A stretch of DNA of 64,000 nucleotides from Eledone cirrhosa (Eukaryota): positions 237,274,001-237,338,000 of the forward strand of contig OZ024742.1 in the NCBI GenBank assembly GCA_964016885.1, in the 5' to 3' direction. The notes under the pieces were generated by a model. The model had not been told where the DNA came from. It did no database searches and saw only the letters and a program-made list of their open reading frames with translations. Within the stretch, counting starts at the first letter, position 1; each line of letters starts with the position of its first letter. A program made the position numbers and the translations under genes. Below are positions 51,427-64,000 of this stretch, one piece after another.

Positions 51427-53415
51427 CATCATCATCATCATCATCAGCGTTTAACGTCCGTGTTCCACGCTTGCATGGGTTTGGACGGGGGTAGTCCCAC
51501 TTGAGGCAAGAGTGATTGTCTTGCTCGCATAGGACTGTCTGGCAGGTTTTCTACAGTTGGATGCCCTTCCTAACACCAACCACATTTACAGTGTGGGTCT
51601 GGGAGGTTTTTACCGTGTTGCCTACACGGCCACATTACAGCGTGGACTGTGTGTTTTTTTGTCGTGACACCTACACGATCTCATTTGTTTCGGCCTCGAT
51701 GGCGCGGCACCAACATAACTTTACATAGAACGGGGTGGTGTGGATCGGGTGGGGGTGGTGGGACGGGGTGTATTTGTTAGAGATGCCTACTGGCTGGAGT
51801 AGGTTTTACTATATATTTAGGTAAGGCGGGTCTTCTCTGTTACTGAGTACCGCCAAAGGTCTCGGTCCAGTGACATTGTCTTGGAGAGGTGTAAGTGTGT
51901 GATGTCGGAGTTTATCAGCTCGTCCCAGGTTTTTCTAGGTCTGCCTATTCCGTGACTACCGTCTATCTTTATTGCCCTGCACTTTGTTATACAGCTATCG
52001 ACTTTCATGCGCATCACGTGTCCATACCAACGTAGCCTTCTCTCGAGTAAACAACATCTGATCCCTCTTATCTCTAATTTATTCCTTAGTTCGTTTATGC
52101 TTTGCCGTTCACGTATATTACTGTTACACATCCAGCGGAGCATGCAAGCTTCGTTCCTCTCTAGTCTGCGTATATCCTCTGCACACAATGCCCAGGTCTC
52201 ACTGCCATGCAGCATTGCTGTTCGTATGCAGGCATCGTACAACCTGCCTTTCATTTTTAGTGAGAACCCTTTAGCAGCTAATAGTGGTATAAGCTCTCTG
52301 AACTTTTTCCAACCAGTTCTGACTCTAGCTACAGTACTTTCAGAGCACCCTCCCCCACTGCTGATTTTATCGCCCAGGTAACGGAAGCTGTCCACTATTT
52401 CTATAGAACCCTCTGCGCAATTGAAAGAGCTAGTAGTTTGTGGGCACTTGCTGCTACTTATTGCACCAGAGCACCGGCCACATGTAAAATCTATGTTCTT
52501 AGTTAGCCTACCTGTGATCCCACTACATCTTTTATGCACCCATACTTTGCATTTAGGACATAAAATGGAGTTTCTACCTACGCCTTTCCTACACACCGAG
52601 CACGACCATTTCCCAGAAGGGACCGCCGCCTTGTTTTCTTTCCTACAAACTAGTACTTTGGTCTTAGCCAGGTTAATTTTAAGTCCTTTTGACTCTAGGC
52701 CGTGCTTCCATGTTTGGAATTTCTTCTCTAGCTCGGCCATTGATTCCGCTATGAGTGTCAGGTCGTCTGCGTATAGGAGTTCCCATGGGCAGCCTGTCTT
52801 GAACTCCTCTGTTATGGCCTGAAGGGCAATAATAAATAGTAGTGGACTGAGAACAGAGCCCTGATGGACGCCGACTTTTACGCTAAACTCTTCACTATAT
52901 TCGTTGTTAATTCTAACCTTGCTGACTGTTTCTTTATACATGGCTTGTATAGCCCTCACAAGCCATTCGTCAACGCCTAGTTTTCTAAGAGCCCACCAGA
53001 TAATGGAGCGAGGGACTCTGTCGAAGGCTTTCTCCAAGTCGACAAAAGCTAAGTAGAGGGGTTTACCTTTAGCTAGGTACTTCTCTTGTAGTTGTCGTAC
53101 TATGAAAAGAGCGTCTGTGGTACTTTTGCCTGACACAAACCCGAACTGCATTTCATCTAGGTCAATTCTCTCTCTGATTAGTTGCGCTATTACTCTTTCC
53201 GTGACCTTCATGACCTGGTCGATTAATTTAATGCCTCTATAGTTACTCCTATCTAGGGCGTCTCCTTTACCCTTATAACAGTTAACGATGATGCTGCTAT
53301 GCCAGTCCTTCGGAACAACCCCGTTTTGTACGACTTGGTTAACTATGCGGGTGACCATGGTGTGTCCCACCGTGCCAGATGCCTTCAGCATCTCAGCAAC
53401 TATTTCCGAAGGCCC
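51425..53415 (-). mobile_element. 5'-truncated RTE LINE (subfamily C), open RT ORF 51817-53442
   Basis: 541-aa ORF; (CAT)n tail next to a long (TA)n. Confidence 0.95.
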
Positions 53416-53553
53416 ATACATACCCATGCAAGCGTGGAACATGGACGTTAAACGATGATGATGATGTAAGTATGTATGGTCCCATAACTCCTGATAGAAT
53501 CGTCAGGGCGCCATGTGCTAATTGAGCATTTTAATTGAGCCCATCCCTCTCCA

Positions 53554-53591
<38 letters not shown>

Positions 53592-53600
53592 GTATATATA

Positions 53601-53800
53601 TATCATCATCATCATCATTTTTATGTCCTCTTTTCCATGCTTGCATGGGTTGGATGGGTCCTTCTCAGTACGGCATCTCTCCATATGTCGCGATCCTTTG
53701 TCATTGTCTCTGTGATTTGAGGTCAGCTCTCACAACCTCTGTCCGGGTCTTTCTTGGTCTACCTCTACAGCAATTTCCTTCTACTGGCATTTCCTGGCTA
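53601..53800 (-). mobile_element. RTE 3' end fragment
   Basis: (CAT)n tail next to (TA)n; MPVEG..RGRPRKT on the minus strand. Confidence 0.8.
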
Positions 53801-54579
53801 TTCTAGCCACCCCACTACTGTGCACAGCACTAACCTATATAATAATAGTATTAGCCCTCTATAAGCAATTTGTGGGAGTTATGTTTGTTGTACTGTTCAT
53901 ATTTTGGCAGAGTTTTTCTATCACCAACCACATTACAGTGTGGACTGAGTGTATTATTCGGGCCATCAGAACATAAGAGATTGTCTTACTGAACTCAAGA
54001 GCCCTGTGTTAGTTTTTAATTGGAGTTACTGCTCTCTTAGATGGGTTACCTTAACTACAACTTACAGGAACAACATCTACCCCGTGCAGTAAGTCTTTAG
54101 TCGGAGTTACAGCCCTCCTAGATGGGCTGCTTTCACTACAACTTACGCAGCCCATGTTTACTCCATGCAATCGTTTTTAATCTGCTCTATTGATCATAAC
54201 ATTAATCCTTAATTTTCTTGGTGGAATGGGGGGAGGGGGCATTGATGTAGGTAGGGGAAGTAAGTGATGTAGGAGAGGGAAATGGGGTGGTATGAAGAAC
54301 AACAGGCAAGAAGGCGTTGGGAAGGAGGGGGGTGGTGCAAGGTCATGTCAGCAAAATAACGAGCTAGCAGGTGGTGGATAGGGTGTAGGCATGAGGGGTG
54401 TGGAGATGCTATCATGGAAAGTTAAATAGAGTTAATTTGGCTGTTAAATATAATATTATGTAATAGGAATACAACTGCCAAACATAATAATAATAGGAAT
54501 AAAATTTGAAATTTAACACATTATGGAAATATATAAAAATGAAGAATATTGACTTATCTGAATACAAATCATTATGTTA

Positions 54580-54626
<47 letters not shown>

Positions 54627-55698
54627 CAAAGATGTGGGTTTGACTCTCATCTACATCAATACTCATCCTTTTCCAGGCTAAAATTTCTTAAGTCAAAAAT
54701 ACAATAAAAGCTTCTATTTCTACTAAATTTCAAACTTCGCTAGCTGTTTCAAAACAAACTTACTTGTCATATACATATACATATATATATAAGTATTGGT
54801 GCTCCAACATAGCATTATACACTTGTATGTACGTCTTCTATATCAAATAATATATGAAAAACATTTGAAAGCCTTTCACTATGAGGTTCTAGTAAAGGAC
54901 ACTTCCCCAAGATGCTATGGATTGGGGCAGAACCCGAAACCATGTGGGGGCAAAATGAGCATCTTAACCATGTAGGTATGCTTGAGCTATATACACTGTC
55001 TAAAGTAAAGGTGAGATGATCATGGTTGGGATGCCTTTGATCATATATCATCTGAATCAGGGTTGATTTGGGATAAAACAAGATAAAAACAAGTAAATAG
55101 ATATAACAATTATTTTCAGGCCATTTTTCCCAGCTAAAGCAGAGGTTAGCCTTTCAGATCCTATGATAGACTTCATATTCATAAAAGGGTCCTTTATATG
55201 ACAATATTTTATGGCTGGATGTCCTTCTTGCTGCCAACCTATTTAGCTGCCTCTTATGATAAGCAGATAAGCAGGGATACTACACAAGTTAACCCATACT
55301 TCTAATGAAGTACACTTCGCTAGCTGTTTTCTATTTAAGTAATGATAAATTTGGAGGAATTTACTAAAACGTTGTTTCATTAAGATGGTAGTTATAACAT
55401 AACTTCACAAAAGGTTCTTAAGTTGGAATATTTAAATTTAAATATAGATATCAAAATGGATATTTTTGTTTCATAGGCTCAGAGGCAGCTTTGGCAAGCT
55501 GGTATGAAAAGTATGAACAGGTAGATGGATAAAATAATAAAAATTATCAAAAAATAAAAATTATAACAAATTAAAATTTCTCAATGAAGATAAATTAATT
55601 ACAGAATTACAAAAGAATGAAAATCTAATTAACAATTTATTAATTTTATCAAATATAAAACTTGTTTCTTATTTATTTCAATAAAAAAAATTTCTTAC

Positions 55699-55804
55699 TA
55701 TATATGTCTGTATTTGTAATTTCCTTGCATCATCAAATTGTAGATTTATTAACTTTGGTATCAACTTCACAAACTGTATGGAACACATCAGTAATTCATC
55801 AGAA
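55699..55804 (-). CDS. STK36: STK36-like exon, (F)SDELLMCSIQFVKLIPKLINLQFDDARKLQIQTYI
   Basis: Acceptor TTTATTTCTAG, donor GTAAGA; 106 nt, phase 2 to 0. Resembles recalled human [25 protein letters not shown]. Confidence 0.82.
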
Positions 55805-55908
55805 CTAGAAATAAATATACACATATTAGTTTCGTATAAGCTGGTCTCTCAACGTAGTTTTCTTCGCTCAGAAAGAACCCTCATTAAAACAGTAATTTCC
55901 TTGTTTAA

Positions 55909-56129
55909 CCATTTAGCATTTACATTACTCTATATTTACTATTGTATTTTCACGGTAAAGACTTTATCTCACATACTTAACTTACGTAATATCGAATCTA
56001 TGAGATTTTGATATAATTTATTTTGAGAACAATACCTTAACATCAGTATGAGTGGCCGGTTACAGGCGGTTTGAACAGAAAGAGGTGAGAGAATTCTGGC
56101 CGGATATGGCCAGTTTAAATGCTGAAGAG
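55909..56129. mobile_element. MITE family A copy
   Basis: TTAA flanks, degenerate TIRs, internal similarity to the 2170 and 26625 copies. Confidence 0.75.
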
Positions 56130-56649
56130 TTAAAAACCAGTTTGAAAACATTGTAAAGTAAAAATAAATGCATAATAATATTACCCATATCTGAATTTCT
56201 GAAAAAAATAGTCTGTATTCTCTAAAGATTTCTGTCTTTTCATCGATATTTGTAAAGCTTGAACATGTTCTGCAGTTAGTCAATTTACTATATTTATTCT
56301 AAACTCGTAAGCCTTGCATATTTATTTTATATTTGATACATCATTATGTTTTCACTTTACATACTGGGTAAATAATATTTGTATTCAATTCCTCTCTTCC
56401 TTTTCTTTTTTTCATTCCTATTTTCAGTAATTGTTACACCGTAAAAAGTTTTATTTTTAAATTTTTTGCCACAGGCGGAAGATACAACAATCAGTTTTGT
56501 TTATCTTATTTCTCGTACACTAAAGACTTTGCTTAGTTCTGATATCTTTCGCGGATTTGTTTTATTTTCTGAAATAGCAATTGTATTTCATTGTATATTT
56601 AATTGATTGATTACTGAAATATTGTAATTGGTGCTCTATTGCTATCTTT

Positions 56650-57820
56650 AACTAAGGTAAGGTATTATATTTGTAGAGTACTATATTTTTAACATATCTT
56701 ATTTTCTGAGATACTAGGTAGCACTGCCAGGTCAGGGTTTTCTGGAAATTATCCATGGGCCCCGGACCAAAAGTCCTCCCGAAAAGAGTGGCTAGTTGAT
56801 TTTCATCGATGTCTAGCATTTCCCCCAAGAATATCATCGCTTTCATCCACCACTAACCCTCTATAGAATGCCAAGGTGTTTCCCGCGATAATATTGCCCA
56901 AATGGCGGAGTGCTGTAAGTGTCTAAAGACATTCTAGTTTCCAAGCGCTCCCCCTTGGTGTCCGCTTGACCAATGACTGCAGCTCTGTTAAGGATAGGAG
57001 TTGGGGGACCGTGCATCTAGTGAATGGTGACAAGGAAAAGATGGAGATGTCGTAATTTCAGTGCATGTCTGCGCATCATTAGCCAAGGCATTCCCAGTCC
57101 TCCACACAGAGGGTGTTGACAGCAGATGGACCACCTGACTATTGGAACGTGTCCCTTCCACAAGAAGCAGAAGAGCAAATGCTCCAGTGCAATCAGACAG
57201 GATTTGGGACAAGGCACAATGGTCAGGGGGTAGTAGATGACAGATGCAATGTATGCGTTCGCCACCTCTGCCCTACTTTTCAAGGACAGCTTTCTCTCGG
57301 CCCATTTCTGGGTGTGATTGGCCACTCTGATCGTCACCTTGTCCCAGTTTCTATACATCTGGACGTCAAAACCAAACCAGACCCCAAGCAATTTAACCAG
57401 CTCATTTGTCCAGCATCCGACCACACTGTTGGATGGCGTGGACCTGCCTCTCTATGTGCCAAGTTGCAGGCCTACGCACTTTTCCTGATTGATATTCGCT
57501 CCCGTCATTGATTGGTATTCCCTCAGAGAAATGCCAATCACCTCAATGTGTTTGGTGTACAACACTACAACTGTGAGGTCGTCAGCATAAGCCGACACTG
57601 ATCTTCCGTGTCCTAGTTTCCCCAGGATGCCCCTCAACGTCTCCATTTTGTGTAGTAATGGCTCGAAAGCCAATACATACAACAGGGATGAGAGGGGACA
57701 GGCTTCCCATGCCAGGTTCTTTAGCCATCGCATGAGATGGAGGTTGTCGTGGATGGATCTCTTGGGAATGGCGCATGCATGTGCCTCCCCTACCAGACCA
57801 CCGACAACAAGCACCAACTA
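56650..57820 (-). mobile_element. L1/Tx1-clade LINE RT fragment
   Basis: CPLSSLLYVL.FEPLL, AYADDL, KLLGVWF, LSLKSR, F.FLW.G and GGLGMP motifs. Confidence 0.85.
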
Positions 57821-57842
57821 ATAATAATAATAATAATAATAA

Positions 57843-59040
57843 TAATGTTTCTACTTTTGTCACAAGACCAGCAATTACCCCAGTGCATTACTGGTGCTTT
57901 ATTTTATCAACCCTGTAAGGATGACAGGCAAAGTTAAACTGGTGGGATTTGAAATTTGAACGTAAAGGGCCATAACTCTATGTTGCAAAGCATGGTGTGT
58001 GATGCTCTACTGATACTGCCTAATAATGTTTTCTTTATTAGCCACAAGGGTTGACACAAAGTATAACATTAAGGACAGCACAAGACGGTACAAATGGGCG
58101 TTTCTGTGTGTAAAAACAAATACATAAAACAAAAACAAAGGATGTAACAAAAATAATAATAATTGTTTCTACTTTTGGCACAAGGCCAGCAATTACCCAG
58201 TGCATTACTGGTACTTTATTTTATCGACCCCGTAAGGATGAAAGGCAAAGTTAACCTCGGCGGGATTTGAACTCAGATCATAAAGGGACATAACTCTATG
58301 TGTCAAAGCATGGTGTCCGACTCTCTACCGATACTGCCAATCCACTAATAATGATTTCTAATTTAAGTACAGCCAACAATAGATAGGGAGGGGGGAAATC
58401 AATTACAACAGTTCCATCATGATGCTTTATTTTATTGACCTTAAAAGGATGAAAGGCATAGTTGACTTTGGTGGGATTTGAACTCAGAATGTAATGAGCT
58501 GGAACAGAGATCATAATGATGTTTTATCCAACACTGCCAATTCTGCTAATTCACAGTCCTAAAGATGTGACACAACCATCTACATGCATCTGTTGTAGAC
58601 TTGACAACTGCAAAGACCACTAGGCTCAGATGATTATAATAATTGTTTCTACTTTTGGCACCAGGCCAGAAATTACCCAGTGCATTACTGGTACTTTATT
58701 TTATTGATCCCCGTAAGGATGAAAGGCAAAGTTAACCTTGGCGGGATTTGAACTCAAACCATAAAGGGACGTAACTATGCTGGAAAGCATGGCGTCCGAC
58801 CCTCTACCGATACTGCCAATTCACCGCCCTCGGATGATTATAATAATAATTTCTAATTTGGGCACAAGGACAGCAAATTTGGGGGAAGAGTAAAGTTGGC
58901 TATATTGACCCCAGTATATGGCTGGTTTTGACACTGAAAGGATGAAAAAGGAAGTTGACCTTGGCAGGATTTGAACTCAGAGCACAGAGAGCCAGAACAA
59001 ATACCTAACACTTTAACAACTCTGCCAAGTCATCACATTG
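57843..59040 (-). mobile_element. Cluster of five co-oriented tRNA-derived SINEs
   Basis: Repeated AAGGATGAAAGGCAAAGTTAACCTCGGCGGGATTTGAACTC; GATGATTATAATAAT duplicated around the ~58640-58830 copy. Confidence 0.85.
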
Positions 59041-60198
59041 TAATAGAAATTACATAATATGCAACATTGAAGGAAAGCAATATGTAATATTTTGGTAAGG
59101 GGGGAGGGGAGAAGTGAAAAATGCTTCAAATATTGAACATAGATTTATTGATTAGGGTTATATTGATTTTTACAAATTAAATCAATCTAGATAAGTGTTA
59201 GCAAAAAGAAAATATCTGTGCTATAGTGTGTCTAAAGAATAAACTGAAAGAATCAGACTGCATGAACTCATCTTGATTTTACTGTAAAAATTAAACAAAA
59301 AAAAATTGGAGATCAGAAGGATAAAAATAGCAAAAGATTTTAACTTACAATTTAATGTGTCAGGGAAAAAAAACACTGCATGCAAGACAAATCTAAAGAC
59401 ACGGCACTATCTAAAGAACACGTGCATGCACATACACATATCATCATCATTATTATCATATCATTACCATCATCACCGATGTCATAATCATTAACATCAT
59501 CATCATCATCATCATTATTATCACCATTGCCATCCTCATCATTGCCATTTTCAGTCAGTTTTTCATACTGTCATGAATTACAGTACAATGTATAATAAAC
59601 ATATATTTAGTTTGACTGTGAATATTTTAAGCTGTGTAATCATATTCATCCAAACACAGTATGATTCAGAATAAACATGTGTATGGCCCTGTATACAATA
59701 TATTTATGTATAATAAATATACATTTAGTTTTGAAGTGAGTATTTTAAGATACATAAACAATATATTTCATTTTTGTTATCAGCCACATCATCATTTAAT
59801 GTTTGTTTTCCCTGCTAACATGTGTTGAACAGGTCTTCACTGACTGAGTTAGTACTCAAGCAGGGCTACTGACCTCTTAGATGGGCTGATGAGGGGAGCA
59901 ACATCTTGCTTACATATGATCCTATACTCTACAAAGTACATTTTATCATGACACTAGCACTATGGAGGTTGCTATGTCTTTGACACATCTGAAGGGTCCT
60001 CCTGACCCTTTGTTTGGCAGGTTTACATTTAGTGTTGTGAGTATTTTAAATTGTGATTATATCACAGCTTAAAATACAATATATTTATGTGTAATAAACA
60101 TATATTCAGTCTTATTGCAAGTATTTAAAACCATGGTAATATCGCAGCTATGTCAGTATCAGTGTGAGAGTAAATTGGAATTTTAGGAATCTACTTAC

Positions 60199-60296
60199 AA
60201 ATTTTTATCCAGATGTTCAATCCATCCAATCTTGGAATCAAAGAAGCAGTTTACAACAACCACAAGGTCTATAAGAATCTGTTGACACCACGGTTG
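60199..60296 (-). CDS. STK36: Internal exon of STK36/Fused-like gene (first exon in window), QPWCQQILIDLVVVVNCFFDSKIGWIEHLDKN
   Basis: Minus-strand acceptor TTCTATCCTTCTCTAG and donor GTAAGT; 98 nt, phase 0 to 2, joins the next exon in frame. Resembles the recalled human STK36 segment QAWHGTFLQDLMAVIQAYF. Confidence 0.8.
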
Positions 60297-61027
60297 CTAG
60301 AGAAGGATAGAAATATTTGATATATACATAGGTATAGAAATACATATACATAGGTATATAGCTTGCAGCTCTCTCATTTTTTTTAACACACACACACACA
60401 CATACTTCCATAAATGCCTCTGCAGCCTGACCAAGGTCACATAGAGCACCATTAGTGTTGAAATGAGGTAGTGTTGGTGCCAAAATAAAATGTAACCAGT
60501 CCACCCAGAAAAGTGGTTGTGCTTGTACAACAATAAAATGCACCAAGCCCACCATGTCAAGTTGTAATACTGGTGCCATGACATAATACATCTAGTCTGA
60601 ACTGTAAGGCAGTAGTGCTGGTGTCACAACAACAACAAAAAAAACCTAGTTCACCCTGTAAGGTAGTAGCACTAGAGTCACAATAAAATGTTCCCAGTAC
60701 ATACTATAAAGTGGTTGGCCTTAGGAAGGGCATCCAGCCATAGAAACCAAGTCAAAAACGGAGCATGACCAAGACATAGTCCAGTCTAGCCTCAGTACAT
60801 GACAGCCCATCTAACCCATGAAAGCATGAAAAATAGATGTTAAACAGGGATGATGATGATGATGATACATAAGTGTACATCTATATATCTCAGAAGGCTG
60901 CTGACAACACACTGTCTATTTCACTTTTTGCTTTGTCTTCTCAAGGACTAACATCCAGAAATACATAACATTTTCCCCTACATTTCCTCCTGGCTAAATT
61001 GTTGCACACTCATTCTATCTTTTGTGT

Positions 61028-61305
61028 ATTACTGGTGCTTTATTTTATCGACCCTGTAAGGATGAAAGGCAAAGTTAACCTGGCGGGATTTGAACTCAGA
61101 ACGTAAAGGGTCATAACTCTATGTTACAAAGCATGGTGTGTGACGTTCTACTGATACTGCTTAATAATGTTTTCTTTATTAACCACAAGGCTTGACACAA
61201 AGTATAACGATAAGGACAGCACAAGACGGTACAAATGGGTGTTTCTGTGTGTAAAAACAAATACGTAAAACAAAAACAAAGGATGTAACAAAAATAATAA
61301 TAATA
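61028..61305 (-). repeat. SINE plus 140-bp flank duplicated from ~57886-58162
   Basis: Same SINE variant joined to the same TAATAATGTTTTCTTTATT..AAAAATAATAATAAT segment. Confidence 0.85.
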
Positions 61306-61339
61306 ACCCCAGCATACATATAGTCCTAATTTGTGCAAG

Positions 61340-62145
61340 GTATCGTGCGGCTATCTGGTCAGACATATCTCATAACAGGTCCGCCCAGCTCCACACTGTA
61401 AACATGGTCGGTCTTAGGAAGGACATCCAACTGTAAAAATCCCAGCCAAAATACAACCCTGTTTGAGGAAGGTACAATGCAGCCAGCTGGCCAGACTTGT
61501 CTCACAATGGTGCCACCCAGTTCCACACTGTAAACGTGGTTGCTGGTCAGAAGAACATCTAGTAACTGTAAAAACCCAGCTCAAACACGGCGCCCACTAA
61601 CCAGCTAGATCTCCCTACCCATATCCCTAGATATAGTAACAGTCCCGATGTGTGGACAAGGTATGGTATGGCCATCTGTCCAGACTTGGCTCATAACAGG
61701 ACCTCCCAGTAACACGGCTCCGCTATGAGTAAAGCTCGATTCACCCAACTGGCTTGACCTCCCTCATAATAGGACCACCCAGATCCCAAATTATGGTTCC
61801 AATATGATCAGGCTACAGCACAGCCAATTGGCCAGACACCCCCCTATAATGGTTCCACCTAGAGCTCCACTATAAGTATGGCTTGGTGTGGCCAACTGGC
61901 CTGACCTCCCTCATAATGGGACCACCCAGCTCCCAAATTATGGTTCCGATGTGAGCAGGGTACACTGTGGCCAACTGGCCTGACCCTTCTCATAATGGTG
62001 CCATCCAGTTCCACACTATAAACGTGGTTAGTGTTAGAAATGGCATCCAGCTGGAAAAATCCCAATCAAAATACAGTTCCCACTGAGCGGCCAGCTACCC
62101 AGACTTGTCTCATGACATGAGTGACCTTTCTAACCCAAGCAAGCA
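61340..62145 (+). repeat. Degenerate array of RTE-3'-UTR-like units
   Basis: Reiterated GGCCAGACTT..CTCATAA..CCAG.TCCACACTGTAAA..GG units. Confidence 0.55.
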
Positions 62146-62680
62146 TACCTGCAACATACAATGTCACCTGACCTACCAACCCCTCTATTAGCACACCCTG
62201 ACAGTTATTCTCAACGCACTATTTCACCCTGCCATACACACGCGCATTCCTTGCACCCCCACCCCCCACACTATTCCGTGAAGTGGTTGATAACAGAGGA
62301 TGGACTTTCAGCCATGGAGAGCTTGCCAAGCAGCCAAACAAAGGGTCATGAGGACCCTTCAGCCATGTCAAGGACATGACAACCTTCATGGTGTTGGTGA
62401 TTTACATGATAAATGCACCCAGTACACACTATGAAGGGGTTGGTGATAGGAAGGGCATCTAGCCATAGAAATCTTGCTAAACCAAAGATTCGGTGGTTCC
62501 CCAGTTGTGTCAAAAGCATGACAACTTCTCCTGAGCACTCAATGGAATGTGAGACTGTACATAAGCGAGGCACAGATTGCTTGGGAGATCTGTGACTCCA
62601 CTTCTGTATGGACTTGCTAGCAGGGAAAGTGGACATTAAAATGACAATGATGGTGATGATGATATATATATATCTATATA

Positions 62681-63495
62681 TCATCATCATCATCATTATC
62701 ACCATTTTACGTCCATTTTCCACACGAGCATGGGTTAGATGAGTTGTCCTGTTGTGAGCAATGCTAGGTCAGCTGACCACGTTTTGCTCATACAGAACTG
62801 ATTTTGGCTGGGTTTCTACAGCTGGATGCCCTTCCTAATGCCAACCTCATTTACAGTGAGTACTGGGTGCTTTTTGTCATCACGCCTACACGACCACTTT
62901 ACAGTGTAAACTGCGTGCTTTTTGTCACGACACCTACACGACCAATTTATAGTGTGGGCTGAGTGCTTTTTGTCATGGCACCTACACATGCGAGGGTGGG
63001 GAGGGGTGGGAGCATACTGTATATATATATGTGCTTCAGCTATGGCGTATGTCCGTGGAAAATCGGGTCTTCTATATCACTGCGTAATGCCAGAGTTCTC
63101 GGTCCTATGTCATCACCTTTGAGAGATGCATCCCAAGTCTTTCTGAGTCTTGCAACCAAGGTTCCCATCGACTTTTAGTGCTCTGCACCTTTTTACACAG
63201 CATCATATACAGTCATCCTTCAAAGGCATCACATGTCCATACCAACACAGTCTCCTCTCTTGTACACAATATTTGATTCCTCTTATGCCTAGTTTCTCTC
63301 TTAGTTCGTTTATGCTTCTCTGTTCTCGTGTATTACTATTACACATCCATCGGAGCATGCAAGCTTCATTTCTTTCCAATCTACGCAAGTCTTCTGCAAA
63401 CAATACCCATGTCCCTCTACTATACAGTATTGCTGTTTGTAAGCATGCATCATAGAGTATACCTTTCATTTTGAGGGAAAAGCCTTTTGTAGCTC
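62681..63495 (-). mobile_element. Older RTE subfamily A-like 3' fragment
   Basis: ORF 63203-63550 (LERNEACMLRWMC); (CAT)n tail. Confidence 0.88.
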
Positions 63496-63499
63496 TCTG

Positions 63500-64000
63500 T
63501 GCACAATAAAATAGTGACTCAAAATGTGTTTGCTGTGTCTGTCGTATCATTGGAAATACTTGATTGAATGATAGATGAAATCTGAGCTATCGATGTTAAA
63601 AACTGAAAAATCCTAAACACCACCAGAAATTTCCACATCAACAGTCATATCAACTGTCTCTACTTGAAATGTAAGCAGAGAGGTAGAGGCTAACATCAGT
63701 CCAGACAGCATTTGAGTGTTGCATCATATCCCTCTGACAACATTTACGAACTACCAAGCGTAGGAGCCCATCTATTGAGTAAGTCTGTCTACATGAGAGA
63801 GATAAGATCATGAAAGTTGGGAAGGAACTTGAGAATTACTCTCTGCATGATAATAAAAAAACTCACGCCCAGGGAAATTGCCCAGCAATACCACAGTGAA
63901 TCCATAGATGAAAAACCGCATGCTTATCAGCAAAAAATCATGCATGGATATGTTGTCAGGAGGCTCCAAAGTGAGAGTAATATAGAAAAGCAAGGTAGTC
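63500..64000 (+). mobile_element. R4/Dong-like non-LTR RT C-terminal fragment
   Basis: EI*AIDVKN*KILNTTRNFHINSHINCLYLKCKQRGRG matches the recalled pattern ..IDxKTRKxL..FH..SDxxRLYLxRxxGGRGL; followed by K.MHG. Confidence 0.65.

Noticed and set aside
56184-56267. Possible extra minus-strand exon (HVQALQISMKRQKSLENTDYFFQKFRYG) in phase with the 55804 exon
   Set aside because: Weak splice signals and no STK36 resemblance; exon 60199-60296 fits better.

Overview
AT-rich animal genomic DNA. The repeat landscape ((CAT)n-tailed RTE LINEs, abundant tRNA-derived SINEs, long (TA)n tracts) suggests an octopod cephalopod; this is an inference. The window lies almost entirely inside the introns of one minus-strand host gene. 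Five small GT-AG exons (60199-60296, 55699-55804, 22992-23142, 8934-9055, 5802-5909) splice in phase into 195 stop-free codons that resemble the non-kinase region of STK36/Fused. The introns hold about 17 RTE LINE pieces, several Penelope-like elements (PLEs), Tx1-like and R4/Dong-like LINE fragments, piggyBac and mariner relics, TTAA-type MITEs and many SINEs. Highlights: (1) a C4-H-C3 PHD-type finger inserted inside the RT domain in several RTE subfamilies; (2) hammerhead ribozyme motifs in PLE terminal repeats, including two non-canonical cores (CUGAAUGA, CAGAAGA) shared between copies, three motifs being on the host pre-mRNA strand; (3) a ~320-bp non-coding palindrome with a hammerhead on each strand; (4) a PLE terminal repeat that has received four nested RTE insertions; (5) many long inverted repeats that would form dsRNA in the host pre-mRNA. 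All identifications come from reading the sequence and from remembered family motifs; no searches were run.
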